DNA of 32,000 nucleotides from NCBI RefSeq assembly GCF_000008645.1, contig NC_000916.1, forward strand, positions 120,001 to 152,000, given 5' to 3'. The position numbers were made by a program, and so were the translations under genes. The DNA comes from Methanothermobacter thermautotrophicus str. Delta H (GTDB taxonomy: Archaea > Methanobacteriota > Methanobacteria > Methanobacteriales > Methanothermobacteraceae). The notes beneath the pieces were generated by a model. That model was not told the DNA's origin, searched no databases, and saw only the letters and a list, made by a program, of their open reading frames with translations. Positions 9,422 to 17,636 of the stretch are shown here, piece after piece. The number at the start of each line of letters is the position of its first letter. Within the stretch, counting starts at the first letter, position 1.

Positions 9422-10303
9422 ATGAAAACAGTTAACATCCTCGTTGAGGCACTGCCCTACATAAAGAAGTTTCACAGAAAGAAGATCATGATCAAGTATG
9501 GTGGCCATGCCATGATAGACGAGGCCGCCATGGACTCGACCGCCCGGGATACGGTCCTGCTCAAGTATGTGGGTATGGAACCCGTCGTGGTCCATGGAGG
9601 AGGACCCGAAATTTCCCGTGCAATGAACAAGATGGGTAAGGAGCCGAAGTTCATTGAGGGCCTCAGGGTGACTGATGAGGAGACCATGGAGATAGTGAAG
9701 ATGGTCCTCGTTGGTAAGATAAACACCAGCATAGTCTCAAAGATATGCTACCATGGCGGGAGGGCCATAGGATTATCAGGTAAGGACAGCAACCTCCTCC
9801 TTGCAAGGAAGAGGGCGCCCCACGTTGTGAGGGACGATGAGACCGGTGAGAGGAGGGAGATAGACTTGGGCCTTGTGGGTGAGATAGAGTCCGTTGACCC
9901 CGGCATAATCAACATGCTAACAGATAACAATTACATACCCGTTATATCACCCATAGGGGTTGACAGGGATGCAAATACACTTAACCTCAACGCAGATACC
10001 GTTGCTGGTGAGGTTGCAGCGGGTATAGGGGCTGAAAAACTCATAGTACTGACAGACGTCCCGGGGATACTCGAGGACCCTTCAGACCCTGATACCCTCA
10101 TAAGGCGGATAAGTGTTGACGAGCTCAGTGACCTTGTAAAGAGCGGCATAGTGGAGGGTGGCATGCTCCCCAAGACCCTCACCTGCATACAGGCAATCAA
10201 TGATGGGGTGTCCTCTGCCCACATAATCGATGGAAGGGTTGAGCACTCACTGCTCCTTGAAATCTTCACAAAGAAGGGAATAGGGACCATGATAACAGAG
10301 TGA
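9422..10303 (+). CDS. argB: Acetylglutamate kinase ArgB
   Basis: [76 protein letters not shown]. Confidence 0.97.
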   Translation: MKTVNILVEALPYIKKFHRKKIMIKYGGHAMIDEAAMDSTARDTVLLKYVGMEPVVVHGGGPEISRAMNKMGKEPKFIEGLRVTDEETMEIVKMVLVGKINTSIVSKICYHGGRAIGLSGKDSNLLLARKRAPHVVRDDETGERREIDLGLVGEIESVDPGIINMLTDNNYIPVISPIGVDRDANTLNLNADTVAGEVAAGIGAEKLIVLTDVPGILEDPSDPDTLIRRISVDELSDLVKSGIVEGGMLPKTLTCIQAINDGVSSAHIIDGRVEHSLLLEIFTKKGIGTMITE

Positions 10304-10395
10304 ATGCCTGTTATACTGTTTCAGTGAATGGAGTAGTTAGCAGAGTTAATTGTTTTATGTCGCGGTGCTGATAGAAGCTGGCTCTTGACCTGAAA

Positions 10396-11391
10396 CTACT
10401 CCCCTTTTACTATTTCCTCTTTTATGGCCTCTGCCATCTCCATGGTACTGGCAGTACCCCCAAGGTCCGGTGTCATGATACCCCTCATGAGGGTTTTTTG
10501 GAGTGCTTTTTCTATTTTTTGGGCTTCTTGTTTTTTGTTGAGGTGTTTTAGCATTAGTGTGGTTGTTAGTATCATGGCTGTGGGGTTGGCTATGTTTTTT
10601 CCTGCGATTTGGGGTGCTGATCCGTGTACTGGTTCGAATAGTGCGTTTTTTTCTCCTATGTTTGCTGATGGTGCGAGTCCGAGTCCTCCGATGAGTCCTG
10701 CGGCTTCGTCTGATAGTATGTCTCCGAATAGGTTGGTTGTGACGATGGTCTGGAATTCCTGGGGCTGGGTTATGAGGTACATTGCTGTGGCGTCAACGTA
10801 GTAGTCATTGGCCTCCATCTGGGGGTATTCTGATGCCACTTTATAGAATTCGTCTCTGAAGATTCCGTCGGTTTTTTTGAGCACGTTGGCCTTGTGGACT
10901 GCTGTTACCTTTTGCATGCCCTCTTTCTGGGCGTACTGGAAGGCGAATTGGCTGATTCTCCTGGAGGCGGTTCTTGTTATGATTCTTTTTGCAACGGCGC
11001 CCTCAGGGGTGTACTCCTCGTCACCGACATAGAGGTCCTCGGTGTTCTCCCGCACAATAACAAAGTCAAGGTCCGGGTAGAGGCAGGGGACACCTGGCAG
11101 GGACTTAACTGGCCTCAAATTCGCAAAAAGATCCAGCTCACGCCTCAATGTGATTATGGCACTCTTCTGTCCTGGCACAGTCGTCACAGCACCGAAGAGT
11201 GTTGCATCAGCCTTCCTGACAAGCTTCAGGGTTTCCTCCGGCAGTGTGTCGCCGCAGCGCCTGAAGCACTCATTACCTGCCTCTGCATGTGTGAATTCAA
11301 ATTCAATTTCAAGGGCCTGGAGGACGTGAAGGGCTGCCTCCATCACCTCCACTCCGATCCCATCACCGGGTATGACCGTTATCCTGTACAT
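10396..11391 (-). CDS. Isocitrate/isopropylmalate dehydrogenase family (possibly AksF-type threo-isocitrate dehydrogenase)
   Basis: ITVIPGDGIGVEVM, LRRELDLFANLRPV, VIVRENTEDLYVG, TTNLFGDILSDEAAGLIGGLGLAPSANIG, FEPVHGSAPQIAGKNIANPTAMI. Exact substrate not determinable by eye. Confidence 0.88.
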   Translation of the reverse strand: MYRITVIPGDGIGVEVMEAALHVLQALEIEFEFTHAEAGNECFRRCGDTLPEETLKLVRKADATLFGAVTTVPGQKSAIITLRRELDLFANLRPVKSLPGVPCLYPDLDFVIVRENTEDLYVGDEEYTPEGAVAKRIITRTASRRISQFAFQYAQKEGMQKVTAVHKANVLKKTDGIFRDEFYKVASEYPQMEANDYYVDATAMYLITQPQEFQTIVTTNLFGDILSDEAAGLIGGLGLAPSANIGEKNALFEPVHGSAPQIAGKNIANPTAMILTTTLMLKHLNKKQEAQKIEKALQKTLMRGIMTPDLGGTASTMEMAEAIKEEIVKGE

Positions 11392-11537
11392 TTAAATTCC
11401 TCTTGAAGTGTTCTCATGAAGCTGAATGATCTGCATGGGATAATATTTTAAGGCTGTAATGATAAAAATAGTTTGGAAGCTGGGGGTTTTTATGATGTCT
11501 TCATATTCCCTTTTATGTGTCATGGGGACGGGATTTT

Positions 11538-12428
11538 ATGATGTTTTATCTTAATCTTCTGAGCATTTTTGAGTCTCTGAGGGATGATCGCAGTGCCCTC
11601 AGACACTACAAGAAGAAACTTCATGAGTACCAGGAGCACGAGGCAGAGGTCCTCATAGACATCGGAGTCATATACCTGGACCGGGGCGAACTTGAAAGGG
11701 CTGTCAGGAACTTTGAGGAGGCCCTTGAGACCTACAGAAAACTCAAATTTCCTGAGGGAGTTGCCTATGCCTCTGAACTTCTTGGTGATTCACTCATGGC
11801 TCTGAGGGAATTTGACAGGGCAATGGAACACTACTCAGAGGCTCTCTCCATATATTCTGATCTCAATCCACCCCTTGCAGAGGAACTCAGGGAGAAGATC
11901 TATGAGGCAGGCAAGATAAGGGAGGCACTGACCACTCAGGAACCACCTGAAGAGGAATCATGTGAGGAACCGTCAGAGAACCCTGGACTGGGCTCAGAGA
12001 CAGTGGCCGTCTTCAGGTTTTCGGACAGACTGGTGGAGCTACTTGAAGGCTTTGAGGATTATGCGGTTTGCTGGGAGAATCGTGACATTGAAGTCCTGGA
12101 GGACAACCTCGAATCAGCAGGGGTCATACGTGATAGGCAGACAGAGGGTCTCCTCAACATCCTCATCGGGAGGTATCATCTGGAGGAGGGTGAGATCTAC
12201 GAGGCACTAAAGTTCATTAAGAGAGCCACAAGAATCTTCAGGGACGCCGGGGACTCCAGGGGTGCTGCCGTGTCCCTGGTGATAATGGGGGTTATTCTCT
12301 TCATCATGGACGAGCGGGAAAACCTTTACAAGGTATTCAAGGAGGCCCTTGAAATATTCAGGTCCCTTGAAATGGGGGAAGCTGAATCTGTGACCATGAA
12401 GATCATAAACACCCTCAGCAAGATGTAA
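11538..12428 (+). CDS. TPR-repeat protein
   Basis: Tandem 34-aa helical repeats (ALRHYKKKLHEYQEHEAEVLIDIGVIYLDRGELERAVRNFEEALETYRKLKFPEGVAYASELLGDSLMALREFDRAMEHYSEALSIYSDL...). Start chosen at ATG 11538 rather than listed 11517. Confidence 0.75.
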   Translation: MMFYLNLLSIFESLRDDRSALRHYKKKLHEYQEHEAEVLIDIGVIYLDRGELERAVRNFEEALETYRKLKFPEGVAYASELLGDSLMALREFDRAMEHYSEALSIYSDLNPPLAEELREKIYEAGKIREALTTQEPPEEESCEEPSENPGLGSETVAVFRFSDRLVELLEGFEDYAVCWENRDIEVLEDNLESAGVIRDRQTEGLLNILIGRYHLEEGEIYEALKFIKRATRIFRDAGDSRGAAVSLVIMGVILFIMDERENLYKVFKEALEIFRSLEMGEAESVTMKIINTLSKM

Positions 12429-12559
12429 CTCATATGGGATGTCCTGATATCTGAGTGGTGCAGTCCTTTCTGAATAAAATAGCTATTCATGCCCATGTTT
12501 CCTCCAGATCCGCGATAAACATATCTATCTTTCTGAACATAATATGTAAAGGTGGTATT

Positions 12560-13115
12560 ATGCAGAGAAGAGAAAACATTGAGAGGCTCATTGAGCAGTT
12601 AAGGGAAGGCGATGAACATATGAGGGCAGATCGTTGAGCTCCTATCTGAAATAGGGGAACCCGCTGTTGAACAGCTCATTGAGGCCCTTGATGACAGTGA
12701 CAAATCTGTTAGGAGGGGGGCCGCAGCAGCCCTGGGTAACATTGGAGATCCCAGAGCAGTTGAACCCCTCATAAAGGCTATGGCCGATGAGAACAAGTGG
12801 GTGAGGAGGGATGTTTCAACAGCACTATCCAGGATGGGTGATGAGGCCTTTGAGCCCCTCCTTGAGAGTCTCTCAAATGAGGACTGGAGGATAAGGGGTG
12901 CCGCTGCCTGGATCATAGGTAATTTCCAGGATGAAAGGGCTGTTGAACCCCTCATAAAGCTCCTTGAAGATGACAGTGGATTTGTGAGGAGTGGTGCCGC
13001 TCGCTCACTGGAGCAGATCGGCGGTGAAAGGGTCAGGGCTGCAATGGAGAAACTTGCAGAGACAGGTACCGGTTTTGCAAGGAAGGTGGCAGTTAACTAC
13101 CTTGAAACCCACTAG
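12560..13115 (+). pseudogene. HEAT-repeat / PBS-lyase-like protein with a frame disruption at about 12623-12636
   Basis: ATG 12560 with GGTGG upstream gives [22 protein letters not shown] then stop at 12635. The +1 frame continues [52 protein letters not shown]... through 13115. Confidence 0.72.
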
Positions 13116-13126
13116 GAGGAACCCCC

Positions 13127-14104
13127 TTGAAGGTAAGTATAATTGGGTCAACGGGACGTGTTGGAAGGGCAACGGCCCTCTGTCTTGCAGAGGAGGAGGC
13201 TGTGAAGACCCTCCACCTCATCTCAAGGAAGGAGAGTCTTGAACAGAACCTCGGCGAGGTCCTTGATATGAGCGACGCCCTCGCAGCCAAGGGTGTTTCA
13301 GTCAAGCTGGAAAACTCTGCAGACATTGAAAACGTCTACGGTTCAAGGATAGTGGTGATAACTGCGGGTGTCCCCAGAACGGCTGATATGGACAGGGATG
13401 ATCTTGCATTTAAGAACGGCAGGATCGTTGCAGATTATGCAAGGCAGATCGCAAGATTCGCCCCGGATTCAATTATACTGGTTGTTACAAACCCTGTGGA
13501 TGTGATGACCTATGTTGCCCTCAGGTATTCGGGTTTTCACCCCAGCAGGGTCTTCGGCCTTGGAAACCACCTGGACTCCCTGAGGCTCAAGAACTACATG
13601 GCAAGGCACTTCAATGTCCATGTGAGTGAGGTTCACACCAGGGTTATAGGTCAGCACGGTCCCTACATGGTCCCACTCATAAGTTCAACCTCCATAGGGG
13701 GCATACCCATAGAGCACTATGCCCGGAGGGACTACTTCTCAGGTTACAAGAAGTTTGACCTCAAAAAGACCATAGACAAGGTCATCCATGCAGGGAGCAA
13801 CATCATAAGCAGGAAGGGGGCCACCGAGTATGGACCGGCCTTTGCAATATCCAACATAGTCACCACCATCCTGAATGATGAACGCAGGATACTCACGGTT
13901 TCAACCCTCATGGAGGGTGAAATCGATGGTATAAGGGATGTTTGCCTCGGAGTACCTGTTAAACTGGGTAAGAACGGCATTGAGGGGGTTGTACCTGTGC
14001 TGATGGATCGTGATGAAAGGGAGGCATTCAGGGAAGCCGCCAACCATGTTAGAGACTCCACCAGGAGGGTTATGGAGTTTCTTGATGAGGAACTTCCACT
14101 ATAG
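13127..14104 (+). CDS. mdh: L-malate dehydrogenase (LDH/MDH superfamily)
   Basis: TTG start with GGAGG upstream; MKVSIIGSTGRVGRATALCLA, TAGVPR, VVTNPVDVMTYVALRYSGFHPSRVFGLGNHLDSLRLK, RVIGQHGPYMVP. Confidence 0.92.
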   Translation: MKVSIIGSTGRVGRATALCLAEEEAVKTLHLISRKESLEQNLGEVLDMSDALAAKGVSVKLENSADIENVYGSRIVVITAGVPRTADMDRDDLAFKNGRIVADYARQIARFAPDSIILVVTNPVDVMTYVALRYSGFHPSRVFGLGNHLDSLRLKNYMARHFNVHVSEVHTRVIGQHGPYMVPLISSTSIGGIPIEHYARRDYFSGYKKFDLKKTIDKVIHAGSNIISRKGATEYGPAFAISNIVTTILNDERRILTVSTLMEGEIDGIRDVCLGVPVKLGKNGIEGVVPVLMDRDEREAFREAANHVRDSTRRVMEFLDEELPL

Positions 14105-14211
14105 TCCGGTTCAGTGTGATGGGGTGAAGGGTTTACCATGGCCGGACCTTCAGTGTGCATTCAACCTCCCTGAGGTCATTTCCTTCCATCTTTCAGTAAC
14201 CCCATGGAAAC

Positions 14212-14220
14212 TTTTATATA
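14212..14220 (+). promoter_or_regulatory. Candidate archaeal TATA box upstream of pdxT/intergenic transcript
   Basis: TTTTATATA in a 280-bp intergenic gap, about 165 bp upstream of the pdxT start. Confidence 0.5.
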
Positions 14221-14382
14221 CTTGTTCAATTATAAGTTAGTTCAAGACCTTATTTCTGAACATTGTGCACCTGATTTCCTGCAGGGTTCAGGGTTCAGAA
14301 ACAACCGGCAGACATCTTCCGGTATATTTATATGGTCACATCATGAAAAAGGTAACCAGAAAAAATTCTCAAAGGAGACACC

Positions 14383-14961
14383 ATGATAAGGATAGGTATT
14401 CTTGCTCTTCAGGGAGATGTATCCGAACACCTCGAGATGACCAGAAGGACAGTCGAAGAGATGGGCATAGATGCAGAGGTTGTGAGGGTCAGGACAGCAG
14501 AGGAAGCCTCCACAGTCGATGCAATAATAATATCCGGCGGCGAGAGTACGGTAATAGGTAGGCTGATGGAGGAGACAGGGATAAAGGACGTCATAATCCG
14601 CGAAAAGAAACCTGTGATGGGCACATGTGCCGGCATGGTGCTCCTTGCAGATGAAACAGATTATGAACAGCCCCTTCTGGGACTCATAGATATGAAGGTT
14701 AAGAGAAACGCCTTTGGAAGACAGAGAGACTCCTTTGAAGATGAGATCGATATACTTGGAAGGAAATTTCATGGAATATTCATAAGGGCGCCGGCTGTCC
14801 TTGAAGTGGGAGAGGGAGTTGAGGTTCTCTCAGAACTCGATGATATGATAATCGCAGTAAAGGACGGCTGCAACCTCGCACTGGCCTTTCACCCTGAACT
14901 CGGAGAGGACACAGGACTCCATGAATACTTTATAAAGGAGGTATTGAATTGTGTGGAATAG
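14383..14961 (+). CDS. pdxT: Pyridoxal 5'-phosphate synthase glutaminase subunit PdxT
   Basis: IGILALQGDVSEHLEM, IIISGGESTVIGRLM, VMGTCAGMVLLA, NLALAFHPELGEDTGLHEYFI. Confidence 0.96.
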   Translation: MIRIGILALQGDVSEHLEMTRRTVEEMGIDAEVVRVRTAEEASTVDAIIISGGESTVIGRLMEETGIKDVIIREKKPVMGTCAGMVLLADETDYEQPLLGLIDMKVKRNAFGRQRDSFEDEIDILGRKFHGIFIRAPAVLEVGEGVEVLSELDDMIIAVKDGCNLALAFHPELGEDTGLHEYFIKEVLNCVE

Positions 14962-15866
14962 CGGGAGTGGTCTACAAGGATGGTAAACTGCACTCAGTCG
15001 GGGCAGACATGACAAGGATGCTCCATGCACTGCAGCACAGGGGACCAGACTCAGCAGGATTCGCGATATATGGAGGTCTTGGGCTTGAAGAAAACGATTA
15101 CCTCCTTAACATAGAGGTTAAGGATAAACCAGGACTTCTTGACATGGTTAAGGAAACAGTTGAACTTGTAAGCCCCATAGGATCAGATGAGGTCATACCA
15201 TCAGTTGAGAACCACATAATCTACCGGTGCAGGATAACCCTGGAATCATTCTCACAGCTTAAACCACTCATAATGGATATAGACAGCATAGATGACGTTA
15301 TAGTACTGAACGGTAGCCACTCATTTGAGATGATAAAGGATGTGGGTTCGGTTCTTGAGATAGCAGACCGCTACGACACCTGGTCAAAGAAGGGCACCCA
15401 TGCCATAGGCCACACAAGGTTCTCAACAGAAAGTATAGTTGACAGGTACCATGCCCACCCATTCCAGAGCTACATCATCCCCGACATAACCGTCGTCCAC
15501 AATGGCCAGATAACAAACTACTGGAAGATAAGGGAGCCGCTGGAGCGCAAGGGCCACATATTCGAAACAAACAACGACACAGAGTGCATAGTCCACTACG
15601 TGGCAGATAAACTGGCATCAGGTTACAGCCTCGAGGAAGCCCTTGAACAGTCAGTAAAGGACATGGATGGCCCCTTCTCATACATAGTGGGAACACCCCA
15701 GGGTGTTGGAATAGCCAAGGACCAGCTTGGACTGAGGCCAGGGGTCATGGCAGAGAATGATGAGGTCTTCGCAGTCGCATCAGAGGAGGTCTCCCTCAGG
15801 GAGGTCATGGACACAAGTGAGGTTGAACAGATATCCCCTGGAGAGGTAAGGGTCTACGAGATATGA
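14949..15866 (+). CDS. Glutamate synthase, stand-alone class II glutamine amidotransferase domain
   Basis: TTG start placing Cys2: MCGIAGVVYKDGKLHSVGADMTRMLHALQHRGPDSAG; IGHTRFST; VVHNGQITNYW; NDTECIVHY. Overlaps the pdxT 3' end by 13 nt. Confidence 0.9.
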   Translation: MCGIAGVVYKDGKLHSVGADMTRMLHALQHRGPDSAGFAIYGGLGLEENDYLLNIEVKDKPGLLDMVKETVELVSPIGSDEVIPSVENHIIYRCRITLESFSQLKPLIMDIDSIDDVIVLNGSHSFEMIKDVGSVLEIADRYDTWSKKGTHAIGHTRFSTESIVDRYHAHPFQSYIIPDITVVHNGQITNYWKIREPLERKGHIFETNNDTECIVHYVADKLASGYSLEEALEQSVKDMDGPFSYIVGTPQGVGIAKDQLGLRPGVMAENDEVFAVASEEVSLREVMDTSEVEQISPGEVRVYEI

Positions 15867-15876
15867 GGGTGATACC

Positions 15877-16566
15877 ATGAGGGAAGCGGTAATTGATGCA
15901 GGATCAAAAACCCCGAGGGAGGTTAACAGGGCAATAAAATCCCTTGCAGCCGACCACGACAGGATAGTCGTTAAAAACCCCAACGCAATGCACTATATAG
16001 GCGCAGGTCTTACAGGGGACGTTGAACTCATAATAGATGGCTCAGCAGGATACTTCGCAGCCACCATGATCCACGGCCCAAGGGTCAGGATAAATGGTAA
16101 CGCAGGGTGGTTCCCTGCAGACAACATGACAGAGGGTGAAGTGGTGGTGGATGGCTCAGCAGGTGACGGCGTGGGTCAGGGAATCTACGGGGGAACCGTG
16201 GTTGTTAAAAAAAGCGCCGGTTCAAGAACAGGCGAGATAATGAAAAATGGGACCATAATCATAGGCGGGAATTCAGGTTTCATGACAGGCCTCTTCATGA
16301 TGGGCGGCCGCATAATAGTACTCGGCGACCTCGCAGAGGATGCAGGTGAATCCATCATAAGGGGAACCATCTATGTCAGGGGCGAAATAAAGAGCCTCGG
16401 GAAGAACGCCAGGGTTGAGGATATAACCCCCGAGGATGAGAAGGAACTGAGGGAAACACTCACCGGTTACGGATTTAACCTTGATGATGAAGACTATCAG
16501 GCCTTCAGGAAGATCGTGCCAAGGAGTAAAAGACCATTTTATGGTGAAGAATCGGAGGAAGGATAA
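15877..16566 (+). CDS. Glutamate synthase alpha-subunit C-terminal GXGXG (beta-helix) domain protein
   Basis: Repeated G..G motifs: GAGLTGDVELIIDGSAGYFAATMIHGPRVRINGNAGWFPADNMTEGEVVVDGSAGDGVGQGIYGGTVVVKKSAG..GGNSGFMTGLFMMGGRIIVLG. Confidence 0.92.
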   Translation: MREAVIDAGSKTPREVNRAIKSLAADHDRIVVKNPNAMHYIGAGLTGDVELIIDGSAGYFAATMIHGPRVRINGNAGWFPADNMTEGEVVVDGSAGDGVGQGIYGGTVVVKKSAGSRTGEIMKNGTIIIGGNSGFMTGLFMMGGRIIVLGDLAEDAGESIIRGTIYVRGEIKSLGKNARVEDITPEDEKELRETLTGYGFNLDDEDYQAFRKIVPRSKRPFYGEESEEG

Positions 16567-17624
16567 TGACCAGAACCTATGCAATGGTTGGAACACCCTG
16601 CCAGATAACAGCAGCCACACTCATGGACAGATACACAGAGGACTTTCCGGTTGAACTCAAACTCGGACTCTTCTGCATGGAAAACTTCTCCTACACATAC
16701 CTCAAAAAACTCGCCGAGGAGGAGGGCATTGACCTTGCAGATGTATCAGAGCTCAGGATAGAGAAGGGCAGGCTCTGGTTCCACCTTAACGATGGAAGCA
16801 AAGTTTCAGTTTCCCTGGAAAGGGCGAGAGCCGCCATGAGGAAGAACTGCTCAGTGTGCATGGACTTCACATCAGAACAGTCCGACATATCCATAGGATC
16901 CGTGGGATCACCTGAAGGATGGTCAACGATCATAATAAGGACAGAGAGAGGCCATGAACTCATAGAAAAGGCCAGGAAGGCAGGATACATTGAAACAAAA
17001 CCCTTAACAGAGAGGGGAATCAGGATACTTGAGAAACTCGCATCAGGTAAGAAGGAGGATAACCTCCAGGAGATAAAAAGAAGGGAGTCTGTTGCAAGGC
17101 CGGTCCTCTACTGGAGGGTGATGCCAGATGAGGAATATCTCGAGGAGGTCACTGACTACCAGTTCGATGACCTGAGGTCTGATGTGATAGATGTGGGGGC
17201 CTGCGTCCTCTGCGGGGCCTGCGTGGCCTCATGCCCGGAGGACATAGTCAGCATAAAGGATAGAAAGCCAGAGGTGGAGGGTACATGCCCGGAGGGCTGC
17301 AATGCCTGCTATGTGGCATGTCCCAGAACCTATGTACCCGACAGCATAATAGGTCATGACTCAGCAATTACTCCCCTTGGGGAATACATTGAGATCCTGT
17401 CTGCGAGGGCACCCATGTTCAGGGGCCAGGATGGTGGTGTTGTAACAGCCCTCCTCACATACGCCCTCAGGGAGGGAATCATCGACGGGGCCCTGGTGGT
17501 TGACAGGGACCAGGAAAGGCCATGGAAACCTTTACCTGTACTGGCAGAGGAGCCCCAGGACATTGTGAAGGCTGCAGGAACCAAATACTCGGCATGTCCA
17601 TTACTGAAGGTTTTAAAGGAATAA
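16566..17624 (+). CDS. FrhB/FdhB-family flavoprotein/iron-sulfur subunit with circularly permuted domain order
   Basis: Starts with the normally internal/C-terminal block YAMVGTPCQITAATLM..., then CVLCGACVASCPEDI and CPEGCNACYVACP Fe-S motifs, and ends with the normally N-terminal block GQDGGVVTALLTYALREGIIDGALVV...KAAGTKYSACPLLKVLKE. Confidence 0.85.
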   Translation: MTRTYAMVGTPCQITAATLMDRYTEDFPVELKLGLFCMENFSYTYLKKLAEEEGIDLADVSELRIEKGRLWFHLNDGSKVSVSLERARAAMRKNCSVCMDFTSEQSDISIGSVGSPEGWSTIIIRTERGHELIEKARKAGYIETKPLTERGIRILEKLASGKKEDNLQEIKRRESVARPVLYWRVMPDEEYLEEVTDYQFDDLRSDVIDVGACVLCGACVASCPEDIVSIKDRKPEVEGTCPEGCNACYVACPRTYVPDSIIGHDSAITPLGEYIEILSARAPMFRGQDGGVVTALLTYALREGIIDGALVVDRDQERPWKPLPVLAEEPQDIVKAAGTKYSACPLLKVLKE

Positions 17625-17636
17625 GAGGGGTTAAAA

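Noticed and set aside
10630-10660. GGTTCGAAT T-loop-like sequence considered as a possible tRNA
   Set aside because: It lies inside the dehydrogenase CDS (coding for ALFEPVHG) with no cloverleaf or anticodon arm around it.
14204-14561. Short plus-strand ORFs overlapping the pdxT start
   Set aside because: Out of frame with pdxT and rich in unlikely residues; they overlap the promoter and hairpin region.
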